Positions 26,701 through 40,053 of a stretch of 64,000 nt of DNA are shown one piece after another. Below the pieces are notes generated by a model, which saw only the letters and a list, made by a program, of their open reading frames with translations, searched no databases and was not told the origin of the DNA. Location: assembly GCF_006345805.1 (NCBI RefSeq), contig NC_042997.1, positions 183,396,001 to 183,460,000 of the forward strand, written 5' to 3'. The first letter of the stretch is position 1; each line of letters opens with the position of its first letter. The DNA comes from Octopus sinensis (lineage: Eukaryota). The position numbers and the translations under genes were made by a program.

Positions 26701-26930
26701 CTTCAATGAATTGGACCTTCCATTTTTGTGCATTGATGGAAGGGCTGACACCTTGTGCATTGAGTAGGAATGTGGAGGTTAGTGTAGTGGCTGGTTTTGA
26801 CTGTTGCAGGGGGCTTGGATTTTTTGTGTGTGTTAGTGGCAGCAATGTGGGGAATTGGTGCACTGGGGTAATAGCATAGGATGGTGTTGAGTGATGGCTA
26901 GAATGTTTTTGTGTATCTCTTTTGCCATGT
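23748..26930 (-). mobile_element. CR1/L2-group LINE, 5'-truncated, ORF2 (APE endonuclease + RT) inactivated
   Basis: APE motifs (LNAQG, LTETHL, GLYRPP, MGDFN, LDLVF, SDH) and RT motifs (YRPISLTS, DFS*AFD, GVPQGTVLGPLLF, FADD, RPHLEYC); frameshifts and one stop; 3' stem-loop GGCCAATAATGGCC plus (TATCAAAG)n tail. Confidence 0.92.
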
Positions 26931-27044
26931 TCATATATATATACATATATTATAAGATATATATAATTATATATATACTATACATTATATATAACATATA
27001 TTATAACATATATATAATATAATATATATATAATATAACATATA

Positions 27045-27110
<66 letters not shown>

Positions 27111-27215
27111 ATAATACATATACATATATTATATATAATACATATACATATAATATATTATATACAATAACATATATATTATATATATATTACATATACA
27201 GAATACATATATTAC

Positions 27216-27268
<53 letters not shown>

Positions 27269-29609
27269 TATATACGATATATACATATAATATATTATAT
27301 ATCATATATATATATATCTATATATATATATATATCACAGTATATATATATATATTATATATATATATATATTATATATATATACATACATATATATACA
27401 TATATAGATATACTATATTATATATATATTATATATATATATATATAAATAAAATATATTATATATATATATATTATATATATAATATATATATTTATTT
27501 ATACTAAGCAATAAGGGTTTAGCAACGAGTTGCCTTACCACATACCGAATTAGAAATAGCAGTCAAGGGTTATAGCTATTTCTTCTACTAAAAGCTACTT
27601 TTAAGTAGAAGAAATAGCTATAACCCTTTGACTGCTATTCTAAATTCGGTATGTGGTAAGGCACTCGTTGCTAAACCCTTATTGCTTAGTATTACTTAAA
27701 TTTTCCTCGAATGAGGCTTTTACATGCCAAAGACTACTTGTGTAATTGATAATTTTCCAAATTAATTAATTTCACCCTTCATTATTACGGATAACTATAT
27801 TTATTTATATATATATTCAATTCTTTTATTTGTTTCAGTCATTTGACTGCGGCTGTGCTGGAGCACCGCCTTTTAGTCGAGCAGATCGACCCCAGGACTT
27901 ATTCTTTGTAAGCCTAGTACTTATTCTATCGGTCACTTTTGCCGAACCGCTAGGCTACGGGACATAAACATACCAGCATCGGTTGTCAAGCGATGGTGGG
28001 GGACAAACACATGCATAGGTCAGGTCGCTCTTCAGTGCTACTGGTACCATGTAGTTCAGTACAACCTGTTCCATGGTCGGGTGATCGGCGACTAAACTGG
28101 CAACACCACCAGGCTTGCTTGGTGAGGTGGGTGCTTGTTGAACACCCTGCGGGACAAAAAATATGACCCGTCAAAGGGCGGAGGAACTACAAAGTAGTCA
28201 AGAGCCATTCAACTACGTGTGTTTGTGTGTGTGTGTATTGGCACAGGAGTGGCTGTGTGGTAAGTAGCTTGCTTACCAACCACATATATATATGTGTGTG
28301 TATGCGTGTATGTTTGTGTGTCTGTGTTTGTCCCCCTAGCATTGCATGACGGAGCCGATAGAATAAGTACTGGGCTTACACAGAATAAGCCCCGGGGTCG
28401 AGTTGCTCGACTAAAGGCGGTGCTCCAGCATGGCCACAGTCAAATGACTGAAACAAGTAAAAGAGTATATATTGCATTTTAAGATCTCTCTGTGTGTGTA
28501 TGGTAAATACTGTATTTCAGCATGTGTTTTTAAATTTTCTCAGTTTTTATCCCAAGTTTTAATTTCTATTTATTTCTCTTATTTCAAATTTTTTTTTAAT
28601 AGGTGAGGGGTGGATAGAGTTCCTCTGCTTTCTCCAAGCCATGGCGAAGGCAGTCTATCTAGGAGAAAGCAACTCTCAATTTAAATACTTCACTGCTGTC
28701 TTGTAGTTAGTCTTTGGTTGGGCAAAGACTGGAAGAATGACACTTTGATATAAAACCTGCAACTGCAAATGCACCCAATGATATCGACTTGCGCTTCTTT
28801 TTGGATCATGCTTTGTAGTTTAGGGAGTGAGAATGGTTGCTGTGCAAAACTTTTCCTCACTTCAAAAAGTGTCAAGCACAGGTATTGCTGGAGAGAAAGA
28901 AGAAATGGACATCTTCTATGTACATGGCTGGCCGAAGTTTAAAAAGGCACATCTAAACAAAGTTTATGTGGCACAAGCACCTAAAAAAGGACAAGCTGCA
29001 TGTACAGATGACAGTGATTTTACTTAGCTTGGTGCATTTTCTCAAGTACAGCAAATTGCTACAACATCTAATCCCTTGTCCTTTCCTCAGTGAGTCCCAG
29101 CATTTGAAGATCCTTTCTCACCACTTTGTATCATGTATTCCTGGATCTACCCCTTCTACAGGCTCCCTCCACAATTAGAGCTCGGCATTTCTTTATGCAG
29201 CTGTCCTCAACTATACACATCACATGACCAAACCAGTGTAGTTTTCTTTCTTGCACACATCTGATGCCTCTTATACTTTGTTTTCCTCTTATGTCTTTTA
29301 CACTCTGTCATGTGTAATATACATACATACATATGAACAAACAAATATGTCTATGCATATGCATATACCGCAGGCAATATGAAAATTCAAACTGTTCTAG
29401 TTTAAATACATGAAGTATATAATGAAGTACAAGGCATATATAATGCATATAAGCATTATATATGCCTTGTACTTCATGATATAACCCTGTGTTTTCCTTT
29501 TTTTTTCCAGATATTTATAGTTAAATGCCCAGAGGACTATGATGAATAAGAGTGGGTTGAGGACTGAACCTTGGTGAACAGCCTACTGCTACTGGAGATG
29601 ATGATGATG

Positions 29610-30730
29610 TGTAACCTGTCTGATTTCCAAAGAGGACAAATTGTTGGTGTGTAAATAGGTGGAGTTCAGTCATTAAAACTGCTGAATTGTTTAATGTTTT
29701 GGGAAGTACAGTCTCTAAAACCATGTTAGCATTTTAAAACCAACTCTTGGCAATTATATTTCTGGATGGAAGGCAAAGCTCACAGAGGGGGACTGCAAAA
29801 TAGTCAAACATTTTGTGTCTAAAGTTCATTGAACTATGGCAGCAAAAGTAACAGCAGAGCTAAACCACCACCTTGTTAAATTGTTTGTTGTGAGCTGCAT
29901 AAATCTGGATACCAAAGGAGGTCTCCAATATTGATAAGCAGAAAAAATTGGTATCTAGACTACTATAAGAGGTGGTTAATAGCTCAGTCGTTCAATGTCG
30001 TATTCTCTGACGAATCTGCATAAAATCAGACACACTCTCTCTTCAAAAGGTATGCCTTTTATTTCAATTTGAGGTGAGTTTAGTCTCAGAGGTAACTCAA
30101 AGAAGCCTTCAATGCTAACTGTTTGACTTCAATTATGAAGGACAGGGAGATGGTCTATATGATTTGGGAAGCCATATCACAGAATTTTCTTGGCCCTTTA
30201 ATTGTTCTACATGGCAGAGTCGGAGTTGGAGTCGGAGACCCCCTTTGGTCACAAATGACCATGGGATTGCACCTAGAAAGTTATCCTCCAAGGCACAAGT
30301 CCAGGCAAGGTTGTTTATTAAAGACCAGCAGTTGCCCATGCATACCAACCTCCCCTCTCCATGCCACCGATGTTATCCAAGGGAAAGGCAAAAGGCTGAT
30401 ACAGCTGAGTCAACTGGAGCAACGTGAATTAAAGTGTCTTGCTCAAGAACACAACATGCAGCCCGGTCTGGGATTCAAACTCACAACCTCACGGTCGTAA
30501 GTTCGACGTTCTAACCACTGAGCCATGTGCCTTCATTCTAAGGATTATCTGAGTATTTTGGCAGATCATCTCCATCCTATGATACAAACATGGTTTCTTG
30601 ATGGTAGCACAACCTTCCAGGATGGCTAATGTTATCAAAAATTGATACAAAGAGAACAAAAGTGAAATAGAGCATTTCGATTGGTCCCCACAATCACTGG
30701 ATTTCAATATAATCAAACATTTATAATGCA
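29610..30730 (+). pseudogene. Highly decayed Tc1-like transposase
   Basis: FSDES at ~30003 and WSPQSLDFNIIKHL (WPPQSPDLNPIEHL-like) at ~30682. Confidence 0.55.
30216..30535 (-). mobile_element. tRNA-derived SINE inserted in a Tc1 relic
   Basis: Head GGCACATGGCTCAGTGGTTAG...GAGTTTGAATCCC; (CTCCGA)n-like tail. Confidence 0.7.
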
Positions 30731-30757
30731 TTTTGGAGCATTATATATATATATATT

Positions 30758-30789
<32 letters not shown>

Positions 30790-30831
30790 ATTATATATAT
30801 ATATATTTATATATATATATATATATATTTA

Positions 30832-30863
<32 letters not shown>

Positions 30864-31206
30864 TTATATATTATATATATATTATTTATATATATATATA
30901 TATTTATATATATATAAAAAGCACCCACTACACTCTCGAGGTGGTTGGTGTTAGGAAGGGCATCCAGCTGTAGAAACTCTGCCAGTATAAGATTGGAGCC
31001 TGGTGCAGCCACCTGGTTTGCCAGCCCTCAGTCAAAATCGTCCAACCCATGCTAGCATGGAAAGGGGATGTTTTGTTAACGATGATATATATTCAATTCT
31101 TTTATTTGTTTCAGTCATTTGACTGCGGCTGTGCTGGAGCACCGCCTTTTAGTCGAGCAGATCGACCCCAGGACTTATTCTTTGTAAGCCTAGTACTTAT
31201 TCTATC

Positions 31207-32501
31207 ATCACAAATTAGTGTGCAAATTTCTGGTCCATTAAAAACAACAGCTTTGATCTTAGCTTCACTCTTGCTAGAAACAAATTTTTCACTGAGATAT
31301 TTGAATCCTTCACCGTCTTCATTCATGGCCTTAACAAAATTTTGAAATAAGCCAATGTGTAAGTGGGGAAGGTAAATTTTCTGAGGGTCAACTAAAGTGA
31401 TCTATTTAATGTTGTATCTCCCTGGAATGAAATCACTTCTCTTTTTGATCATAATCATGCTTGTCATCTCTGCTGTTCCAAAGGCACAAAAAGCACCGAT
31501 GCTCTGCATACCCTATTTGCAACCAAAGAAGCAAACCAATAACTTTCAAGTCCCCGCATATATTCCACTTGTGCTTGGAATATTTAATCAAGTGCAAAAT
31601 TTTATCCATTGATTCACAAGTTTCTTTTAATCCTACAGCATGTTCTAGTAGTATTGAAGGTTTTTGATTGCCATTATTCAGCAAAACAACTTTGCTTTGC
31701 TGGAATCTATGAAGAGTCTACATTTTTCAGGATTATGGCCGTATCCCATCTCCCGTAGGAGTCCTTCAACATCACAACTAAAACAAATACCATCTTTCTC
31801 CATGAAAAATTCATACAATTCTGTATGCCGTTTTCGAAAATACAAGCATTTAACACCATCGTGTAAAAGATTCCACTGTTTCAACCTGGGGCCCAGTAGT
31901 TCTGACTTTTCTTTTGTCAAACCCAAGTCTCTAACTAAATCATTTAACTCAAGTTGACTTAATAAATGAGAAACTTTTTTTTGAAGATCCTGGTTCATCA
32001 CAGTGATCTGCTATATCACTTAGCATGCCTTCAATTGAAGTAGATGCAGTCCTTTCTTCACTCAAACCATCTTTGTCAAAAGATAAAGGAGGTTCTGGAA
32101 TTGGAATATTTTCAGCAAGATGAACAACTGGTTTTAAAGCTGAAGGGTAATCTGGATAAACAATCTTGGATTTGTTCTTCTTAGAGAAACCTGTGATGTT
32201 AGTTAAGCAGAAATAACAAATCGGTATAGTAGTTTGTTGGTTTGCAACATATCATTGGTACTGCAAACGGCATACTTTTCCATTTACCATTCAGTCATTG
32301 GGTTAGTGCTATGTACAGTTTTTGCAACAAACATGAGGCACTCACAGTTTATCTTGGTCCCCAACTTTGCATCCAAAATAAAGCTTGTAAGAATTTTAAA
32401 ATTTCTTTGTAAGTTTATTTCTCTGATCTTTTGAGCATAAATTTTCCACACATGTAACAAAAGCTGTCTGGGTGATTAACACAAACTTTTCTGCTCATCA
32501 T
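31207..32501 (-). pseudogene. Decayed DNA transposase, Chapaev3 (CMC)-like
   Basis: MMSRKVCVNHPDSFCYMCG, GDQDK, CYFC, ELNDLVRDLGLTKEKSELLG, LFIDSSK, ICGDLKVIGLL, CFLCLWNSR; superfamily assignment is from memory of these motifs. Confidence 0.7.
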
Positions 32502-33029
32502 AAATACGTACAGTAATAACCTAACTCAACACTCAAGGAAGCCTATCAGTAAACTAAAATATAAAATTAATCAACTGTAAATGTTTCTGTAAAACATTAA
32601 AATATATTTCTCAAAAAAAAAAAAATCATTGAAATTATTATAGAATGTACTGAAGCTATGGCTATCCCGAAACAAATTTTTTCCATCTCTAAATTTCAAA
32701 CATTGATCACTTACTTTTCATATAAGTGCAGGAAAATTATCAATAGGCATACTTCAAGTGTCTCCTTTAACTGTGCACCTAGGTTAAAAAAAAAATGTAA
32801 ATAGGTAAAAACAAACATAGACAGGCTGTTAATGTTGAGGGATTGCTACATGTCCACTACATGGTCAATGTTAAGGAGGAATAATGGAAAGGGCAGAGGA
32901 GTGGCGAAGAGTAATATCAGTAGTCAGTGTGTGTGTAGTGGGGAAACAAAGGGGTTAATATGATGACTGGGTCAAGTAGGTGGACTCTGATGATGTAGTG
33001 CTAAGAAAGGTGTGTAAGAGCAAGGAAAG

Positions 33030-34245
33030 AGAATGAATGGGAGAAAGAGACTTCCAATTGTCGACCCAATAGAGGGACCAGCTATTTGAATTGACAGTAT
33101 CTTGGTAGATAAAGCAATTAAAGGTGTGAAGACAGGAAAAGTCCCTGGCCCATCGTCAACTGCAACAAAGGTAAAGGTGATGCCTTAGATAAAAATAATT
33201 ACAGAGGTATCAAATTGTTGGATCAAGGGATGAAAGTCACAGAGAGGGTCACAGCCCAACTATTTAGGGAAGTTTTTGTGTGTGGCAGATGCACAGGTGC
33301 AATAAACACTGAAGATGTACAGAAAATAGATTCCATCATATGCTAAGGGGAAAAACTAGAAGTAGCTGATAGCTTCTTTTACTAGATGGCCAAGTCAGCA
33401 GTGAGGAAGGATGCTCTGAGAGTGTAGCAGCTAGAATAAGAATAGCCTGGGCAAAGTTCAGAGAGCTCCTACATCTGCTGGTAACAAATGGCCTCTTGCT
33501 CAGAGTGAAAGGTAGACTGTATGATGCATGTGTGCGAACAGCCATGTGACATGGCAGTGAAACATGGGCTGTGACTGCTGAGGACATGTGTAAGCTTGAA
33601 AGAAATGAAGCTAGTATGTTCCACTGGATGTGTAATGTCAGTGTGCACACATGACAGAGTGTAAGCACTCAGAGAGAAAAGTTGGGCATAAGAAGCATCA
33701 GATGTGCAAGAGAGGCAACTGCACTGGTGTGGTCATGTGATGCATATGGATGGGGACACCAGTGTCACACAACAGTGGAGGGAACCTGTGGAAGAGGTAG
33801 ACCTAGAAAGACATGGGATGAGGTGATGAAGAAAGATCTTTGAACATTGAGCCTCATAGAAGCAATGACAAGTGACTCGGACTTTTGGAGATAGGTCATG
33901 CTTGAGAAGACCCAGCAAGCCAAGTGAGATCATAGTCGTGGTCAATGCCAGTGTTGCATAACTGGCCTGTTTAAAAGCACCTTTGAATTGTTGGGTAATA
34001 TACTGTGCTTGTGAAGACCTGTTGAACTGAGTGAAATCATTGTGGCCGATGCCAATGCCACCAGACTGTACCTATGCCGGTGGCACATAAAGAGCACCAT
34101 TCGAGTGTGACTGATGCCAGTGCCACCTGATTGGCATGCATGCTGGTGGCATGTAAAAAGCACCATTTGAGTGTGGCTAAGCCAGTGCCGCCTGACTGGC
34201 ACCCATGCTGGTAGCATGTAAAGAGCACCATTCAAGTGTGGCCGA
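33030..34245 (+). mobile_element. Internally deleted RTE LINE fragment
   Basis: KGKGDAL/NYRGIKLL followed directly by the C-terminal region; same family as 13186 and 15960. Confidence 0.8.
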
Positions 34246-34961
34246 CTGACACTATGTATAAAGATAGATATTATATATATATTAAATTTATATATATGTG
34301 TGTGTGTGTATATTTTTTCATATATTTCTGTGTTGGTTCATTAACTTGTTAGTGAAAGAAGCACGTGAGATGAGTTTTGTTTCACTTTTTTCCCTCATAT
34401 ACATCATAATGGACATGTGAGAAATTAAGAAATTTTTTCCATATATTTAATAATCTATTTAAATTTAATTGTTTCTATAGACAGCCTGTTTGAACATTTC
34501 ATGTATTATCAGCATAGTGTGTGAGACCATTATGCTAATATTATATGTAATTAGTACATAATATGAACAACGATAAAAATTGTAATTGTTTCCATTCTAA
34601 ATCAGAAAGTGGGAGAGAAAATGAGAGGGAGGAATGAGAGAGAGAGAGAGAGAGAGAGTGCCAAGGTTGTTAGCAAATACATTAACAATACAATTTACAA
34701 TCAAAATGCAGAAAGGAGCTATTATATTGATTATAGATTTAAATCAATCAAAAATATTTCTGCATGCAAAGCTGTAGCAGAAGATGAATAAACTGAGATT
34801 CAGAGTGGCATCATAGCATTGCAGGAGTAAATTTAATAGATGTTATGGAATTTGGTATCAGTAGTGGTGAAGATGGTATGTTTTGATGCCAACATAATAT
34901 TCAACAATAAGTTTTGTGTACTCTTTGGGGTCATCAATAATCTAACCTGCATGAGGATTGT

Positions 34962-35272
34962 TGTTGTTTTGTTTGTTCCTTCTCGAGCCATGCCTGGCTC
35001 ATAAGGCCTGGTTTCCCAGTTTCCTTGGTGTATAGGTTCCCCACCTGGATGGGACGCCGGTCCGTCACAGGTGAGTTGCAAGATGCAGGAAGAAAGAATG
35101 AGAGAAAGTTGTGGCGAAAGAGTCAGCAGAAGTTTCGCCATTACCTTCTGCTGGAGCCGCGTGGAGCTTAGGTGTTTCGCTCATAAACACACACATCGCC
35201 TGGTCTGAGATTCGAACCCGTGATCCCTCGACCGCGAGTCTGCTGCTCTAACCACTAGGCCATGTGCCTCCA
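34962..35272 (-). mobile_element. tRNA-derived SINE family A, full length
   Basis: TSD CTGCATGAGGATTGT at 34947-34961 and 35273-35287; (ACA)n-like tail. Confidence 0.9.
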
Positions 35273-36426
35273 CTGCATGAGGATTGTGAAGAAGGCTGAC
35301 TGGAAAGTGAGGCCTCTGTTTCAAATGTGCATGTTTCCGGAACACTTTACTATCTTTGTTAGTGGTTAAATTTAAATACTGCCTTTTTAGTCACCTGCTT
35401 GATATAGTTGGGTGCATGGCTGAGCCTTCTTTTATCTTCTGTTCTGTGTAATCTGAATATATGTTCAATACCCTATCATTCTTTCCTGGAAAGGCAGACT
35501 GCTGCAATCTTACATATTGCACTATAAAGGTTTCTAACACATTTATATGGCCCTGATGCATTGTATTTGGCTCAGACTGAATTAAAGATATTCTGAAGGA
35601 TGGTATTGACATATCCAGAATTATAAAATGCAAACCAATTTGGGTGCTGTATCTCAGTACAATAAGAATTCCAGTCAAAGTAAGCAGTTTGGAGGTGATG
35701 ATGGCTTTTCTTTGTAGATGACTCAGGGGATAGAGTGATGACTGAGGCCTAGGATGTGTGGAAGATGAACAAGCCATATAGAAAGATAGAAGAGGAAAGG
35801 AAGAAGAAATCATGTCATTATAACATTATAATCTGAGGGAGAACACACAAGCATACCCAAATATTTGTAACGGTTGATGTGACAACTGTTCTTGCGAAGG
35901 TGAAGATGAAGGTGCAGGTAAAGGCTGCATTGTAACAGTAGGGTAACCAATTTGTAATTGATGTCTGTTATGTTGCAATGTTGGAATCACCAATTTGTAA
36001 TGGTAGAAGTTTATTTTTTTGCAACGGTTGAAATTAATTTGTAAACAATAATATGGAACGTCAGAGTCCTAATCAGTTTGAAAGGATTGGTTCTTCGTTG
36101 ATTTGCCATTATATAAAGATGAAAGAACAGTGATTGAAGTTGTGAAGAAAATATTTATTACCGATGCCAGCGCCATCATGACTGGCTTCTGTGCCGGTGG
36201 CACGTAAAAAGCACCAACCGATTGTGGCTGCTGCCAGCCTCTCTTGGCACCTGTGCCAGTGGCACGTAAAAAGCACCCACTACACTCACGGAGTAGTTGG
36301 CGTTAGGAAAGGCATCCAGCTGTAGAAACACTGCCAGATCAGACTGGAGCCTGGTGCAGCCTCCTGGCTTTCCAGACCCCGGTCGAACCGTCCAACCCAT
36401 GTTAGCACGGAAAACGGACGTTAAAC

Positions 36427-36460
<34 letters not shown>

Positions 36461-38032
36461 TTACATTGTGAAATACCTTGCCTCAACAGGCAGGTGATAA
36501 AATTGTAAAGCATGTGAGGTAAAGGTAGATGTCGTAGATTTTCCTTGTATAGTTTGTGTTTGTGTTCTCATCATTGTGTAGTAGTAATTACAGATAGAGA
36601 TGGAGTAAGAAGAAAGTGAGCTGAGCTAGTGATAGTGAGAGAGTCAAGGGAAGTTGTCTTGCATAGTCGCTGATTGTAACTTTCTTTTCCCCTCTAGCTG
36701 TTTGTCTTTAGTGGCTGCCTGCCTGTGGCCATGATTCTAGTGGTCCATTCACTAACTGATGGTTGCTCTCTAACTTGGGTTCTCACAAACTCACTAACTT
36801 TTACTTGGGGGTTCTTGTTTTTATAACTATCCTGAAGGATAGACATATTGTTGAGAACAATGGATTTCAATGGTGGTACTTGTTATATTAATTCTAGCTT
36901 TTGGTGAAATAGAAGAGGTTAGAAGGGTCAAGTGGCGAAAACATTATTCTGCTTAGCTAAGGCATCTGGCAAATGTAAACTGCTGTCACAGAAAAACTAT
37001 TCGTTTTACCGTGAGAAAAGTGCTGTTGAAGTGTTAATCTAAAAATTTGACTATCTAGGATCGAATCAACTTCATGCCTGCATGATCCATATGTGTGTGT
37101 GTGTGTGTATAAATGAATGTATGAATGAATGAAAGCATGTATATGCATCCCAACCAACCATTACATCTGACAAGTTCTACAAAGTAAGATGCATTTATTC
37201 ACAGGGCTGCAAGTGCTCCAATTAGCCATTCTCTGCATATTTGGTTTTGCACCATATCCTAATTTAAAGATGTTTTTCCTGGTTTTAATATTTGGACTCA
37301 TACCTGTCAGACATAAAATTATTCCTAACATGATTAACGACAAGTTTTTGAAAGCAATGGATGGTAATTAAAGGATGATAGCTTTCACTTCATACTTTGA
37401 TGAACAGCATTCAGGTAACTGACCAGGAGCCCAAATTCACATGAATAAAATACATTGCAGCCATTTATAAGCATGTGTCTCTGTCTACCATTCTCTTGAG
37501 AGAGAATTTTATTTTATTTTATAATTTTTGATTATTTATATATATTTATATATTAGGATATTTTTTAAATGTGCCAAAAAAAATTTTTTTAAAAAAACAT
37601 TAAAATATTGTTTGTTTAAAGAAAGCTAAAATATAAATACTTACTGTACAAACAACTTACATTTTTGAAATCATATTCACCTAAAACTATTTTTAAATGA
37701 TTAAAATATTGTGTTTAACAAAAGCAAAAACAGAAACATTTACTATAAAAAACAAATCATTGTCAAGTCACTGTGTCTAATCGAAAGGTAAGAGTTTCTT
37801 CCCTTTCAGAGTTAAGTTAATTTTGGAGAATATTCCCATTATGCACCATTTATACCCCCGAAAACCCCTAATATCTCAATAACCAGTTGTCTGAGTTACG
37901 GGAAACTTGTTTTATTCTGTTTGTATTTACATCCTAGGGGCAACATAATTCCTAGTATTTTCCCATTATGCGCCACTTTGGCTAGGTAACATTGCAAGCA
38001 AGCAAGATTCGAGCTCACTTTTAATGTATTAA

Positions 38033-38064
<32 letters not shown>

Positions 38065-40053
38065 GTATAATACATTAAAAGTGAGCTCGAATCTTGCTTG
38101 CTTGTATATATATATATACAAAATTAAGAGGAATGACCACTAAAGTGGAATCCTAATATGGTATGTAGGTAATCGTGTTTTATTTCGTAAATTTATTTCA
38201 TACATTTTCATTTGTCTTGCTTATTTTTACATTTTGGTATTTTGCTGGAATTTTTCTTGAGAACACACTCTTCATGGTAATGGTAATTTGATGTCTATAT
38301 CTAGCATATTAGGAGTCCACTTTAGTGGTCATTCCTCTTAATTTTGTATTTAATATAATTTTTAATCTTCGGATTTTTTAAATATGCTAAGCCACAGGTT
38401 TTAATTGATTAATATCAATTTCTACCCTCATTATTTAATTTTAAATAACAATGTTCTCTAACTGGTAAATTAGCTGTTGAAATTTATTAACTGCAAGGTT
38501 ATTTCCGGCCTCAGTGTGTCAAAATGAAGACATTTGAAAAATACCCCTAAATATAATTTGCAGAACTTTATACATGCTCTCTTTCAGGTGAGCGTTGTGT
38601 GTCTAGTTTTGGAAATTGTGTTTTGTAAGCGACAGACTACACTGATCTCTAACTGTGGAAGGAACCTGTGGAAGAGGTAGACCCAGGAAAACATGGGACA
38701 AAGTGGTGAACGATGATTTTTGAATGTTGGGCCTCGTGGATGTGATGGCAAAGTACCAAGACCTTTGGCAATATGCTGTGCTTGAGAAGACCCGGCAAGC
38801 CAAGTGATGGCCAATGTTGGTGTCATGTTACTGGCACCCTTGTTGGTGGCACATAAAAAGCACCCATTATGCCCTTGGAGTGGTTGGCATTAAGAAAGAC
38901 ATCCAGCTGTAAAAGCCATACCAAATCAGACTGGAATTTGGTGCTGCTCTCCAGCTTACCAGTTCCTGTCAAAAACCATTTAACCCATACAAGCATGGAA
39001 AGCAGACACTAAATGATGATGATGATATACATTTATATAGACTTTATTTCTGAGTTATCAAGGCTACCAATGGTTTCATGTAAAAGATCTTCACAATTGT
39101 TCAAGCATGCCACATGGACCCCAATGCAGCCATATGTTTTCGCAGTGATGTGAAAGATCAGCTCAATTATTAAGACCTTCAGCATCTGTAAAATATTACA
39201 TTCATATTAAATTGATTCTGCCTGTATTTTCATGAAGCCTTGTAAAAAAAGAATTAGCAATAGATGTATATAAACTGCCACCAAGTCTTTGTCCTAACCA
39301 ACACTATGTATGTATGTATGTATGTATGTATGTATGTATGTATGTATGTATGCATTTATGTATGTTAGGAAGGTCATCCAGCCATAGAAGTCATGTTAGG
39401 ACAGACAATAAAGTTTAGCACAGCCCTCTGGTTTGCCAACTTTTGTCAAACCGTCAAACCCATTTTTGCATGGAGAATGGATGTTAAACGATGATGATGA
39501 TGATAATATATGTATTTGACAAAGCCATGAGGAAGGCAGCCTCTTCCAGGAGAAAGATAACTCTGAAATAAAACTCACAGTCAAAACAGCACCAGTCACC
39601 TTTAAATGCTTGTCACTGGAACCTACCATGGTGACTGAGAGTGTGGAAAAAGTATTGTATAAGCTTTTGCCACTTAAACCCAATAATGTACAGATGTCTC
39701 ACTACAATGTGAGATGGCTATTACCTGACAAGATGAGGCAGTCATTATATGTGCGTGTGTGTGTGTGTAAGGTGCAGGGTGTATCCCATCCCTGGATAGG
39801 ATGCCAGTATTATTACTAGTAATTTTCTCTGCTTGATGAAGTGATCTTAGCTTTTCTAGTCAACACAATTCTGCAATAATTTACAGCACTGCTGGTATCT
39901 ATAAATCTCTGTAATGAATCACATCATTTCTCAATAAGATACTTACTGGCACATAAGTTACAAAGCAAACTTTTAACCATAGAGTCATACCTGCATTAGC
40001 GATAGGTGAATGGAGGACAAGAAGGTGAATTACCAAATGGTATTGCTAGGAAT

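Noticed and set aside
29490-29600. Strong acceptor-like site suggesting a plus-strand exon
   Set aside because: Followed by an antisense RTE RT fragment; no coherent coding frame or partner exon found.
35205-35272. tRNA genes at SINE heads (also ~4965-5035, 40056, 48433)
   Set aside because: A/B boxes are present, but there is no complete cloverleaf and each is attached to a SINE body with TSDs.
35391-35813. 140-aa minus-strand ORF
   Set aside because: No recognisable motif or splice support; the context looks like old retroelement debris.
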